From assembly GCF_009914755.1 (NCBI RefSeq), contig NC_060926.1: DNA of 64,000 nucleotides; one strand, 5' to 3'. The translations under genes and the position numbers were made by a program. Below are positions 27,886-45,765 of this stretch, piece by piece (the stretch's first letter is position 1; each line of letters begins with the position of its first letter). This stretch comes from the human T2T-CHM13v2.0 reference genome, Homo sapiens. The notes under the pieces were generated by a model that did no database searches, had not been told where the DNA came from, and worked only from the letters and a program-made list of their open reading frames with translations.

Positions 27886-30800
27886 TAACTACCTTTACTG
27901 GTGTTCTTTATTAATTCATGGGGATTCAACTTAAAGTCTAGTGTTTTATATTTCAGTCCGAAGGACTCCCTTTGGTGTTTCCTATATAGAAGTTTCACTA
28001 ATGACAGATTTCTTCAGATTTTGTTGATCTCGGAAATTCTTAAAGTTTCCTTTATTTCACTGGAATAGATTTGGAGCTGTAAAATTATTAGCTGACAGTT
28101 TGTTTTATTCACACATTGAATACGTCATTTCATAGGTTCTTAGTTACTTGGTTTCTGGAAGAAATTAGTAGTAAATGTTATTGAGGATACTTTGTATGTG
28201 ATGTCATTTCTTTTTTGCTGCTTTCGAAATTCTCTGCCTCCATTTATTTATTTACCTATTTATTTTATCTGGGGTGTTTGTTTTTAGTTTTGGTCAGTTT
28301 GATTATGATGTGTTTAAGTATGGATCTCTGAGGTTATGATACTTGGAGTATGCTGAGTTTCTTGGATATGTAAATTAATGTTTTTCATCAAGTTTGGAAA
28401 TTTGGGTGTTTATATCTCTTCAAATATTACTTGTGCTCTTTTCTATCCCTTCTCTCCTTTTTGGAATCCCACTATGTGTATATGGGTGTATTTTATGGTG
28501 TTCTACATATCTGTAATGCTCTTTTCTAATCATTTTTCTTTATGTTTTTTTTTCTGTTATTCACGCTTATTGATTATTTCTTCTGACTGCTCAAATCTGA
28601 TTAGTATTTTTCTCTAGTATTTTTTAAAATTTAATATTGTCTTTTTCAACTCCAGAATTTCTATTTATTTTTTTTAAATAAACTTTATATTTTTATTGAT
28701 ATTCTTCTTTATTTGCTGAGAAATCATTCTTGTAATTTCTTTTAGGTCTTTAGACATAATTTTCTTTAGTTCTGTGGAAATATTAAAATAACTAATTTAA
28801 GGGTACTCTGTAATAAGTTAAATGTCTGAACTTTCTCATGGAAAATTTCTAACTGATAGATTTGTTTTCTGTGTATTATCTACACTAAAATTTCAGTTTT
28901 TTAATGTCACAATTTTTGTTGAAAACTCAATATTTTAAAGAAAATAAATAATGTAATAAACATGAAAATCAAAATCCTTCTTCTCCCCAGAAATTGATAC
29001 TGCTATTCTTTGTTGTCGATATTGTTGTTTGCTTAATTAGTTGCTTTTATGACCAATTCTATAATGTCTGTTTTCTTAGTTATACCATTGAAATATCTGT
29101 ATGGTTGGCTTAGTGGTCAATTAATCATTATACAGTGTTTACTTTAAATGCCTGGAACCAAGAAATCTCCCTGCCTTTGCTGAAGAGTTCTACGAACATG
29201 TTGAAACATGCCTCCAACAATGATGCAGGCAATTTACAACTCTGCCTTAGCCTTCACTTCTTGCTTACACAGATACTCAAGATCAAGTGGAGGTGAAAGT
29301 TTTCCATTTTTTTCTCTTTTTTGGATGTACACACAACCCTGCACATGTGAATGATCTTCTAGATTACAAAGGATATGTCAGAGATTTTCCTAGGTTCCAT
29401 GGACATCTCATTTCCTAGATTTTCATTTTAAGCATTTTGGTTAGCCCACTGTTTTCTCAACTACTATCCACCAATATAAATTGCCTCAAAATCAAATATC
29501 AATATCAAGGCCTTATTGATTTGTAATAATCAATATAAGGTTATTAATTATATTATAATTAATAATATAAGAATCATCCCAGTTAAGCAAGTAAAACATG
29601 AAGCACGGACTCAAAATCAAATCTTCCCACATCCAATGACTTAAAATCCTTTCCAGCAGACAGGTTTTTTGTTTGTTTGTTTGTTTTTTGATGAATTCAA
29701 AGCAATGTACTCTGCATTTTTCCACTGTTGTTCTCTCACTCATTCTAAACAATGATGATTAAGTTCTATTTTTTTCAGGATAAGCCAGTTGTGCTGGGAT
29801 AACAACAACAACAGAGAATAAAAGAAGGAGTTATCTCAAAGTTCTCCAATTTCTGCCACAGTGAGAGGAGAGTTCTCTGGAGAGTCTTGCAGCAGCAATT
29901 AACTTATGTGTGAACTCTAATATGTTCAACATCTATATTATTGAGCAGATGTTCAACATCTGCTTGAACTCCTTGGCCCAAACTAGTTACATAGCTTTAC
30001 TCTCACATGGGGTTCTCAGACAGAATTCATTCACCAAGGAGGCCAAGAACCAAAGAGATTCAGAGAATGCCCCACATGACTACCACAAACTCCTCCTATC
30101 CTGATCATGGCTAGTGTAGCCATTGTATTGTCTTTACAACAGTGGCTAGAGGCCTGGAACCTATCAGCCTGGCCCTCTTTTTTTTAAGGTATATTTTTTG
30201 TGATACTTAGTGAAAGCTTAACCACTAAACTCTATTGATTACTATTGCTGAGGACTTGGCAACTGTTAAACAAATATGTGTCTGTACTTTTTCACCAATG
30301 TAGACAAAGATTTCAACTATAAACACACAAAAATAATATTTTAAGCAGAACACTTTACAATAGTTTCCCTCCAATAAAATGATCCAGGTTTTGGGGAAAT
30401 AAAAAGAAAAGAGTGACAGCAAACAAACAAACCAAAAATGAAGATAGTAACAAAAGCCAATGAATAGCATTTACAATAAAAAAAAGGGGGGTTTAGTCCA
30501 ATACAGCAAGAAACAAGTAGTACTTGGTTTGTGTGTGTGCGGTAGAGGTGAGAAGAAATATATTTCAAAAATTCAACAATATAAAGTTGTCTTGTTCTTA
30601 TCCTCTTTACCATCTGCATAGTTCTAGCTATGTGCCTCCATGCACATGCACAAATCCAAAATAAATTATGCTCTTAAGGTAACCAGGAAACACATGTAAA
30701 ACTTGCCAGCCTTGCATAGTCAAACTATGTAATCTTAGTTGATATATGTGGTAGAATTCATAAAACCTGGGAGACATTAGGATGTTAAAAGAGAAATTCA

Positions 30801-31974
30801 TAAATGGCTTAAGCCAATTTAATAAATTTACTGAGGCTCTATTCTGTACATGGCATTTTGTAAGCTTAACAACGTTTACAGATCTCGATAAGATGATTTT
30901 TTCCTTCCAAATTCATTTTCCCTTTTATTTGTTACTGAGATCCGCAGTTTCCCCAATGTGTTATTCTTTTGTTCTATCCTAATATCTTTGCACAAATTGT
31001 GCTTCTTGCTTGGAATGCCCTCCTTAATCTCATATGTCAGACTCCCCTCAAAAGTATATTCAAGAAACATTTGCCCTGTAATATCCCAGGAGGTATTACA
31101 TCTTATCAGCTCCCTGGTACCTTGTACAGATCTCCATTATCCCACATAGGAAAGGGTATTTACATACTTTCATTTCTAACTCATCAAGTGCCTGCATTTA
31201 TCTCTGTATCCTCACTAGTTAGCACTTTGCCTCACAGAACATAGATGTTCAATACGTATGTAACAAGGGTATTTGGTTCTTTTGTTCACAGCTCAAGTGT
31301 ACAAAACTGTTCTGATTTGTCTTGAGAGCATACACACTTAGAGCCCTTCATTCACAGGTACCTGGGCCCATGTTATTCACACAACCTCTTTGTTTGGTAT
31401 CTAGGGAGCCCTCAGGAGTTCAGATGTTTGAGGGTGTTAACCACTTCTTACAAGCCGGCCTCAAATATGATTCAGGATCTACTGACTCCTTGGACTCAGC
31501 CATCTACACTTCCTTAGACCCATTCTTCTCTCAGGATGACTCTGTTCTTCCTTTCAGAACAGGGAACAACTACAGTTAAGGTTACACCACCACAACACCC
31601 TTTCTTGGACAATAAGGTTCAATAGCTAAGATGGACTTTTACTATTTTCAACCCTTAAACAAACAAAAAATAGTTTATGTCCCCAACATGCTGCCTCTCT
31701 CCCTTAGAATATAAGGAAACAGATTTGAACTGAATAAAAATTTAGCTTTAGTAGCCATAGCCCATTCTGGTAAATACTTATTTTTTAAAAAATTTTATTT
31801 AAAAATAAATATGTAAAGTACAAAACTAATGAATGGGGAAAAATAAAGTCAAACAATTTTAGAAAACTAAAAAAGCTGTATAATAATCCTAAAGGAAACT
31901 TATCTTTCTATCCAAGGCAAAATCTCAGTCAGCGGGAGCTTAACCAACTTTGGGTAATAGAAACTGACCACTGA

Positions 31975-32220
31975 GGATCGTACAAAGGTTAGGAGTGCAG
32001 GCTGTGGATCTTGATTATCTGGGATCAAGTCCTAGTTTCAACATCTACTAGTACCGTGACTTTGAACACGTTACTTAATTGTATTGTGCACCTAATAGAT
32101 CATCTACAAAGTGTACCTCTCCCACAAGGTATGTATAAGAATTAATATATTTGAGCTTATGTTAATAGCATGCTCCCCACACAGAGCAAGCATTTTGCAA
32201 CTATTAGTGTTATTATTACC
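31975..32220 (+). mobile_element. MIR
   Basis: GGTTAGGAGTGCAGGCT...CTGGGATCAAGTCC...TACTAG...GTGACTTTGAACACGTTACTTAA...TATTATT. Confidence 0.7.
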
Positions 32221-33188
32221 ACACAGCTTATTCCACTGCTTTATTTTCTAAAAATTTACCTATTTACTATTATTTGTAGTAGAAATATACCTACTGCAAG
32301 AATATTCCTTAAAGCAGGAACACTTATTTAGCCAACTCTGTGTATTGCTGTGTAGTCTTGTAAACACTTAACGAATACATTTTTTGACTTAATTTTATGG
32401 ATGGGAAAACTGAGATATGGATGATCTAAATAATTTACTGAAGCCACATCCTCACTGCAATGTGGGCCTCAGACTTCAATAACAGACTGTCTTGCCCCAG
32501 AGCCTACATGCTGGACCACAGTCTACCATCTCCTGATGCTCTCAGTTCAACTTTCTCAAAAAGAGAGAATGTGTTCTTTCATTCTCTCTCCACGTCTTCT
32601 CAATCCAGTGCACCTTGCCTTAAAGGGCTGCTGAACCCCTACACCCAGAGTACTCTCCAATAAATGCAATCATCATATTTTAAGCAGAAAGAACGTTATC
32701 AGGTTTTATTTCCCCTTCTATAAATCCTGTAGGATCAGACCAAACATGAGCTACTTGTTTTTTTAAGTGTTGCTCTGATCCTTCTCATTTTTCAACTCTT
32801 TTTGATATCCACTACATGTCAGACGGAGTACTCGGCAAAACCTTTGGAAATTGTGGAAGAGCAAAAGGAAAAAATAAGTGAAACTGCATTACAGTGTAGT
32901 AGTAAATGCAATACGACTATTCAAAGTATGTTTGGATATATGCACAATTGGCCTCAAATACAGAGAAGGCTTCCTGCAAGAGGTGATTCCTGGGCTGTGC
33001 ACTAAGGTATAATTAACTGTAGAACCAAGTGAAGAGGAGTGGAGACTGGAGTGAACCAAGTTCTCCTGGAAAGAGGGATATCATGTTCAGGGTGCTATGG
33101 CATGTAAGCTCATGCAACTGCTTCAGAGTCTTCATGTGGCCTTCCAGGAAAGAAGAATCAACTGGCTGATTCAGTGAAGGCTCAGTGA

Positions 33189-33994
33189 CTATATTAGTCA
33201 TCATTTGCTTCATAACACATTACTGAAAGTTTAGAAGTTAAAACAAAACACATTAATGATCTCATAGTTTTTATAGGTTAGGAACATGGACAGAGTTCAG
33301 CTGGCTTCCCTGGTCAGGACGCTATAATCAAGGTGTTGGCTGAATAACAGTCTTATCAAGGCTCCAGTGGTAGAGTAATGACTCCCAAGCTCACTTATGT
33401 GGCGGTTATCAGGACTCAATTTCTTGGTATCTGTTGGCCAAAGACATCACTCAGTTTTTTTGCCACAATAGCCTCTCCCTAAGGAAGCTCAAAACATGGC
33501 AGCTGGCTTCTCAGAAAGAGAGTGAGCAAGAGAGGGCACCCAGGATAGAAGCCACAGTCTTATTGTAACATAATCCACCAAGTTTTTCACATTTATTTGC
33601 TCGAAGCTAATGTAGAGTTCCCTGATTAAATTTACATTTCAGAGAAACAATATCTTTTTTTTGGTATAAGTGTCTCCCAAACGTTTCATCTTTTTTTTTT
33701 TGTTTGTTTTGTTTTGGTAAAAATGTCTCCCGAATGTTTCAAGGAGCATGATAATACAAAAAAAAAAAAAAAAAAGTAAAAAGGTTTCTCTGAAATTAAA
33801 ATCGAATTAGTTATTTTGAGTTTTCTTCTTGTTAAATCTGTCAAACGTAATCTAGTGACATCCTATCACCTCTGCCACATTCTATTCATTAGAAGTAAGT
33901 GACTAGGTCCATCCCCCATCCAAGGAGGTGGGGTATTAGAAAATAGTGCGAACATCGGGACTCCTGGGGTCCATCTTAGGAGCTGTCTACTGCA
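33189..33994 (-). mobile_element. MLT1F-type MaLR LTR interrupted by a MER53-like element
   Basis: CCCAAGCTCACT, AACATGGCAGCTGGCTTC and GAAGCCACAGTC; resumes AGTGACATCCTATCACCTCTGCCACATTCTATT. Confidence 0.75.
33580..33850. mobile_element. MER53-like palindromic hAT MITE (diverged, internal duplication)
   Basis: TTAAATTTACATTTCAGAGAAAC...GTATAAGTGTCTCCCAAA...GTTTCTCTGAAATTAAAAT...TAAATCTGTCAAAC inverted arms. Confidence 0.6.
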
Positions 33995-34113
33995 ATGACC
34001 AAAGAAGTATGTTTAATTCTCTTCTTCATGGTCTTCATGGTACCCTCTGTATCTTTGTAGGGGCATTCCAAAATATTTTCCCTAAATCTTCTCTGCCTTT
34101 CACTGAGGGATTC

Positions 34114-34439
34114 TATATTAGCCTGCTTGTGCTACCATTACAAAATACCACAGATGGGCTGGCTAAAATGTCAGATATTGATTTTCTCACAGTTTTGGAG
34201 TCTGGAAGTCCCAGGTCAAGGTGAAGTTAGGGTTGGTTTCTGATGAGGTCTCTCTTCCTGGCTTGTGAATGGCCACCTTCTTATTCTGTGCTCAGTTGGC
34301 GTTTCCTCTGTGCTCATGAGGAGAGAAATAGTTCTCTGGCACCTCTTTTTCTTCTTAAAAGGACACCAAATATATCAGGTTAGGGCCCTACCCAAAGGCC
34401 CTGTCTTCAAATAAAGTCAGATTTTGGGTTACAGCTTCA

Positions 34440-34494
<55 letters not shown>

Positions 34495-34570
34495 TTATAT
34501 TTATATTATATATATATAAAATATATATATATTTTTTTGGTTGTGGGGAGGGCATAATCCAGTCTACACA
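34114..34570 (-). mobile_element. MLT1A/B-type LTR with internal (TA)n expansion (34447-34531)
   Basis: CAAAATACCACAGA, TTCTCACAGTTTTGGAGTCTGGAAGTCC and GGACACCA motifs. Confidence 0.8.
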
Positions 34571-36564
34571 GAACTTTCCAAAATAAAAGGACAAATTAGT
34601 GTAATCCAGGCTGCAGCTATGGTCACAGCCCAGCCCGTTGCACCAGTTGATAACAGAAAGCATATCCTATCCTCATTCTGGGCTTGAAGGCAACAATAAC
34701 AGGCAAGAAGCCTAGCTCTCCTTTAGTCTGAAGTCAAGCCTGAGTGAGAAAGCACATAAAATATATTTTGGCAACTTCACAATATAAAGCATGCTAGTGC
34801 TGAATTTTGTACACATGCCTCACAAGGAGTGCAATCATATTTAAAGTCTGATTGTTTATTTATATTCCATGGTGCATAATTTAAGCAATTTGATAACCTA
34901 AGGGTATTTTATGGTACTTAATTTAGGAAATTTGATAGCCTAGAGGTTAATATTGAAAGGCAGGCATGGAGGAAACTCCCAACAATTTAGCACTCCCGTA
35001 GGAACTCTGTAACGAAGCCAGAATACAAAACAGAAGCAGATGGGTGATGCTGCTTGAGTTTGGAGTTAGAGCATCTGGGTTTATAGCTCAGGGAGTTTGA
35101 TATCACAGGCTTATTGGCTTCACTGGAGGTTCAGGAAGCTCTATCAGTACCCTTCTCTCAGAGTCACTCACTGTTGAATCTGTAATGAGGCTCTTCTTCA
35201 CTCCCCTTCTCCTACCCATTTAAATATATCAGATTAGCATCTTCTTAGGCAAAGCTTTCTCTCTGCTGAATCTCCACATGGAACATTTGCTATAAACTTT
35301 AACTGCATGCTTGGCATTTTATCTTGAATGAACCATACTATCTCATTGCCTCTGGCCATCTACAAAGAATTGGAAAAAATTCAGAAGCTAAAGAAATAAT
35401 TCTAGAAAAAAATGCTGAATAGTTAAGGGTTGGAAGTACAGCCTATGGGACTTGAAGATTGATATCTCATGAGATTTTGCAAAATCATACACTTCAACAG
35501 GTAAACGTGTTTAGATGATACACAGCCTATCTAGTCAGCCCATTTCACTCCCTGGTTCTACATGTCAAACTTAACTATTTTGGTTAGCATTTTGTGAAAG
35601 TAGCATGCACTCTTTTTCACCTTTGTGCTTTTGAAATTAAGTTATCACTATGTGCAATGCCTAGGTCCCCCCCCCCCTTTTTTGGGTAACTCTGAGCAAC
35701 CCTCCACAATTTACCTGACATGTCAACATCTCCAGAGACATTTCTTGATTGACACTTCTCCACATCCGTGGGTTAAATACACCATACTTGTTCTCCCATA
35801 GAAATTTTTTCCTGCCTCACTTTTGGCGTGTATTATATTGTTTTCTGGTTGTTTACTTGCTTGTATCCCTCTCCGAAATAAAATAATATATAACTCCCTG
35901 TAGACAGAGGTAACTATATTCATGGTTATATTCCTAAATCACAACTCCTAGAGGCTGTGTGGTACATAATAATTTTCTTAATGAAACAATGAATTAAGCA
36001 TGAGGGCTTTTAAATTTCCACTTCTCTGTAGTTATAATCAAATGTCATCATATTAGTTTTATTGTCCATGATAGTCAATTATAGCATACAATTTTATAGA
36101 AGTAATTATCTAAAATTACTATATTAGCAGGATGTTTCACATATAATGACTTTTTTTGTCAATTTAAGTGAGCTCCTTTCTATTGTTTTCTTTTTTAAGA
36201 ACAAAAAGATAGATGTTAGCATGTATTAACTTTGTTTTCTGCATTTCAATGTCCTAAATAACATGGATAGATTTTCTGATGTGAAACCATCTTTGGTTCT
36301 TACATTCAACACAACTTTACCCTTATTGTAAACATGGATAATTCTCTTTAAGTATTTTTTCTCTAATTCTTCTGATTTTTGGATGGGCACATAGCTTCTC
36401 AGAATAAAAATACTTTCAAGAACCCTTATAAATGGTAAGTATGGGAAGAATTTTTAAAAATATGATATAAACAGAAATTTTATGTATGACTTCCAAGACA
36501 AAATCTCCTTGAAAAGATAATGTTCTAATTTTAACCCTTGTATTCTTCCTTCTGGCTACTACAT

Positions 36565-36633
36565 CTTTCTCTCTCTCTCTTGTTCTCCCTCTCTCTCTCT
36601 CTTTTTTCCTCTCTCACCCTCTTAAACACACAC

Positions 36634-36672
<39 letters not shown>
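36565..36672. repeat. (TC)-rich tract followed by a (TG)n microsatellite
   Basis: Direct reading. Confidence 0.9.
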
Positions 36673-36674
<2 letters not shown>

Positions 36675-36693
36675 TTATATAAAACTTTTATTT

Positions 36694-37054
<361 letters not shown>

Positions 37055-37997
37055 CTATCATTTGAAGTTTTCAACACTAAATATGTTAAGATTACACTTA
37101 AAAGTTCATAGATATTTCATAGGACATTAGGTGAGTAGAGGCTGTGGCAGCTGGTTCAAAGTTGAAAACACAATATGGTGCTTTGGCTGAACATGTGACT
37201 GGCTTCCTTTTCTAATGCTGCTAGACATTCTCCTTGCTGGGTATAAATGTTTAAAATATGATGAAATAAGCCTGTTAGCTTATCAAACAACAGGTTTAGA
37301 TAAATGATGAACTGGAGAGCCTGGAGTTTATTTGAATTTCATCTAAAATACAGAAAAGAATCCCATAATGATATCTCTGAAGAATGCTTGAAATAAGAAT
37401 GTAAAAGCAGTGGGGAAAAAGACACTCAAAGTACAAAATTAAGGCAAAGTGCATTCATGCCCATAGTCAGTTGGCCATAAAAGGTGGATTAATCAGATAT
37501 CACCTGAAGCTAAACCAGTTACTTTGACATAATTGGTTACTGAAAAGAGGAGACAGAATTATATGTTTAAAAAACCATTGACTCACTTGCATTATGTTTT
37601 CAATCTATTTTCTAAATTTTAAACGTCTCTATGACATAACATTTTTTTTCAGTGTAACATGTTCAGATTGAAATTGGGTGGTTGTAGGGTGCTGGGAGAG
37701 ATTTTATAATGTTTGTGTCAGATGTGTCCCTAGGAAAGCATAACAGGGAAATGTGTGGGTGTTGAGTGGTTTTTAAAGGTGGCATTGCAAAGAGTACGTT
37801 CATTGTCTGTAGTCATGTTGGGAAAAGAACCATCTATGAAAATTAGGAATCCCAACTCTACATGATTTTCTATGCATGTTATTCTTAACAAAAAAAATAA
37901 ATTTACTAACCTGTTTCAACAATTTCTTAGCTCACAATTTTCTTTTTGCATCCCAAGCCCATAGAAGTCTTTCCTATAAACAATGTTGTGTTTAAAT

Positions 37998-38206
37998 TTT
38001 CAACACTTTATCATAAAATAGACTTTGTGCTAGATGATTTTATCCAACTGTAGGTAAAATAGTGTTCTGAGCACATTTGAAGAAGACTAAGTTAAAATAT
38101 AATGTTTGGTAAGCTAGGTGTACTAAATGCATTTTCAATTTATGATATTTTAAACTTCCATTGGATTTATTGGGATGTAACCCTATTGTAAGTTGAGCAG
38201 CATCTG
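37998..38206 (-). mobile_element. MER47A-like (Tigger family) DNA transposon fragment
   Basis: GTGTTCTGAGCAC...AAATGCATTTTC...GGGATGTAACCCTATTGTAAGTTGAGCAGCATCTG terminus. Confidence 0.75.
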
Positions 38207-38352
38207 CATATAAATTCTCTATTTTTTGTATCACACTGAGAAACATACAATATAAGTAGAATTAAAATGTATGACTACAATACAACAAAGTTTGGGGAGA
38301 GAATAAAGAAATTGTGCTCTTATACAATTTTTATATTTGAAAATAAAAGGGG

Positions 38353-38600
38353 TTGTAGGCAGCCTTCTATAGTGACTTCTGATGCTCTCCATATAATGAT
38401 ATTCATACACCTGTATAATCCTCTCCCCTTGAGTGTGGTCTGGACCTAGTAACTTGCTTCTAATGAATATGATGGTAACTTCTATATTGTACTCCCTCTT
38501 TCTTTTTTCTCCTGCCTTTCTCTTTCTCTATTGTGTCTTCTTGACTTGCCCCTTTTGATGAAACGAACTTCCATGAAAGCCATAAAATAGATTTGCTTTC
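38353..38600 (+). mobile_element. MLT1-family LTR 5' fragment
   Basis: GTATAATCCTCTCCCCTTGAGTGTGG...GACCTAGTAACTTGCTTCTAA. Confidence 0.65.
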
Positions 38601-39271
38601 TATTTTCTTAAGTTTCTATTTTGAAAATTTAGGTGAATTTTTCCCTCTTCCTCTTGTACTTCCACTTTCATTCCCTTCTCTTTCTTTTTCCCTTGCTTTC
38701 TGAACATTTCTATTTCTGAAATCCATCAGATAGTGTGCAATAAGACAGGTGTCCTAACTTAGGGGACGTGGGTGGAGAGGGCTGTAGAGTTTGATGACCC
38801 AGAACAGGATATGAGAGCTTGAGACAAGAAGGAGCGAGTCCAGTGCTGGCGTTATGCAGCCTGGCCTGGATAACCACTGTCCAACTAGTGTACATCTTGA
38901 ATTCTGAGTGGGATAAAGAGATCATTGGGGTGAAGACACATTCCTCTATGTGATATCAGAACTCAAGTGTAATTAAAGAGTATCCACATAGAGAGGGGAC
39001 AGAAATGTGGCAGGAGATTGATTACATAAAAGAAAACTACAAGTGAGTAAATATATTAGAGATAATGGAATCCAGGCTTCTCAGTATTAAACGATGAATA
39101 TAAAAACATGAAAAGTTTTTTTTTTAAAAAAAAACCCTAGATTGAATCCTGTCAAGTTGGATTGAAATCTAAACTACCTCTATGAACTCAGAATTTTCAA
39201 CATACATAGATAATCAAACGTGAATGTATTCACTATGTACACATTTATTTTTATGTACAGTAATACATATT

Positions 39272-39606
39272 CCTCTTAGTCCATATTGTGCCTCTATAAT
39301 GGAGTACCCCAGACTAGGTAATTTATAATGAACAAAAATTTATTGGCTCACAATTGTGCATGCTGGGAAATCTAAGATGAAGGGACCAGCATCTGCCAAG
39401 GTGTTTCTTACTGCATCATCCCATGGCAGAAAGGCAAGTGATGGTGACAGAGGGCAAAAGAGGGCCAAACACACCTTTCTATACTAAACTCACTCCTACG
39501 ATAATGGCATTACCCTCATGACCTAAACAACGCTTAAAGGTACCACCTCTCATCACCTCCACATTGGAGATCAAGTTTCCATCATATGTACTTTGGAGAT
39601 ATAGCA
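39272..39606 (-). mobile_element. MSTD/MSTB-type MaLR LTR within an L1MC 3' fragment
   Basis: CAGACTAGGTAATTTATAATGAACA...TTGGCTCACA...CCCATGGCAGAA...CCCTCATGACCTAA. Confidence 0.75.
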
Positions 39607-39753
39607 TTAGCTATATTCCTAATTGCCCACTGAGATGCCTTGGAGGCAGCAACAGGTCAACAGTACTGGATATACATAATACTTACATCATGGTTTCTGA
39701 ATATGGTTCTCCAACAAAGGGAAGGAATAACACAATTAAAAATGAGCAAAAGA

Positions 39754-44330
<4,577 letters not shown>

Positions 44331-44819
44331 TCCATTTGTACTTTTCAATAGATTAAGTCCTATAGATTATGTTCCATTAAAAAATACATACAATAAGAAT
44401 TGTACTGGGAGTAGGCATTCTTGTTACTCTGCCTGGATCTCTCAGGGTTGCTTTTGTCATTTCTGCACATTCCTTCTCAGTGTCGCTGTACTTTTCCAAA
44501 AGTCAGATTCTGTGCCTCTTTTAGGTGGACCAATTCAAGGCTCCCAAAGCTTGGAATTGCTTGGCTTTTTTAATTTTTTTATTTTATTTATTTATTTTTT
44601 GCTTCTCCTCAGCATCAGAGTCATAACTCCAGCTATTTCCCTTTTGAGAGGAAAAAAAAAAAGCCAGGTGCACTGCTCAAAGTTCTACCAACTGGGAGGA
44701 TTACCCTTCACTACTGCCCTTCGGAATGTCCCCGAAAAAGGCACCATTTTCGAGTGCGCTTGCACATCATGCAGGGCCATCTGTAAATCAGGTCCGTGTA
44801 TTCTCTTACTCTGTTAACT

Positions 44820-45765
44820 GTAGGGAACCATAGTTGTGAGACCATACTAACAGCATGGGAGAGAGAGAAAAGTGTAGCATAAGCTGAGGTCATAGGAGTT
44901 TGTGCCACTTCCTCACATAACTGAATTGTTGCCTCAGGGCCTGCTGGAGTACTCATGCAGTGCTGCTGTGCACACCCAACTTTAAAGCTTAGTGGCTTAG
45001 ACAACCCAGTTCATGTTGGGCAGCTCAGGTTATCTGGTAACTTGATGGCTCGTGGCTAAGTGTCCAGTAGCTCAGTAGCAAGCCAAAAGCGCTATCAGAA
45101 GAAAAGCAGTTATCCACTCAGACAGGATAACTATCCAAGGATGGAAGGCTTTTCTCCAAAATCTGAAGGGTCTGCACTTTGATTTATTGGTGGGGGCCTG
45201 ACAAAGGCTCCAAACAGCATCTTTAACTGCCCCTGATGCTTTCAGCACTATTTAGTCTTCTGGATCATACGGCCGCAGTAGAAACTATCTATCTCTGTCT
45301 TATATCACATTTCCATAGGGCCCCATTCAAAACTAGCAGGTTTTTTGGTGCATTTGTAGATGGGCCATGGCAGCACACTCCAATGAGGAATATGTTGCCT
45401 CCAAAATCCAAAATAGTTCACCAGATGTTGTATAGTTTTTTGGTTGTAGGAGAGGCCAGAAGCAACAACTTATCCTTCAACATAGAACAAATATCTTGAC
45501 ATATCCCAAACCACTGTATCCTCAGAAATTTCACTGTGATGGAAGGCCCCTAGGTTTTTATGGCATTTATTCTCCACCTTCTGACAGGTAAGTAAATAAA
45601 TATCTTACCAATATGTCTAGACTACCTGCTACTGCTCACCAGGTTCAATCAGCATGTCATCATCAACATGATGGGTCGGCACAATGTCTTGTGGAAGGGA
45701 AAAGCCATCAAGCTCCCTGTGGACCGAATGTTGATAGAGTCTGAAGAGTTAGTACACCCTGACTG
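44820..45765 (-). pseudogene. ERVL-class internal pol relic (RT C-terminal/connection region), no flanking LTR recognised
   Basis: Reverse translation DAVWSLCQAPTNKSKCRPFRFWRKAF (~45140-45222) and KVGCAQQH...AGPEATIQLCEEVAQTPM resemble ERVL Pol; degenerate YxDD-like HHVDD near 45660-45675. Confidence 0.8.

Larger units (their letters stand above)
26225..29470 (-). mobile_element. Old L1 (L1MC/L1M4-type) ORF1 and 5' region, interrupted by Hsmar1
   Basis: T-rich reverse L1 ORF1 signatures (TTTTCATCAAGTTTGGAAATTT, CAACTCCAGAATTTCTATTT) and TTTACAACTCTGCCTTAGCCTTCACTTC. Confidence 0.7.

Noticed and set aside
34878-34950. Degenerate direct repeat with ~43-bp period (AATTTAAGCAATTTGATAACCTA / AATTTAGGAAATTTGATAGCCTA)
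   Set aside because: Only two diverged copies in AT-rich DNA; an ordinary old local duplication
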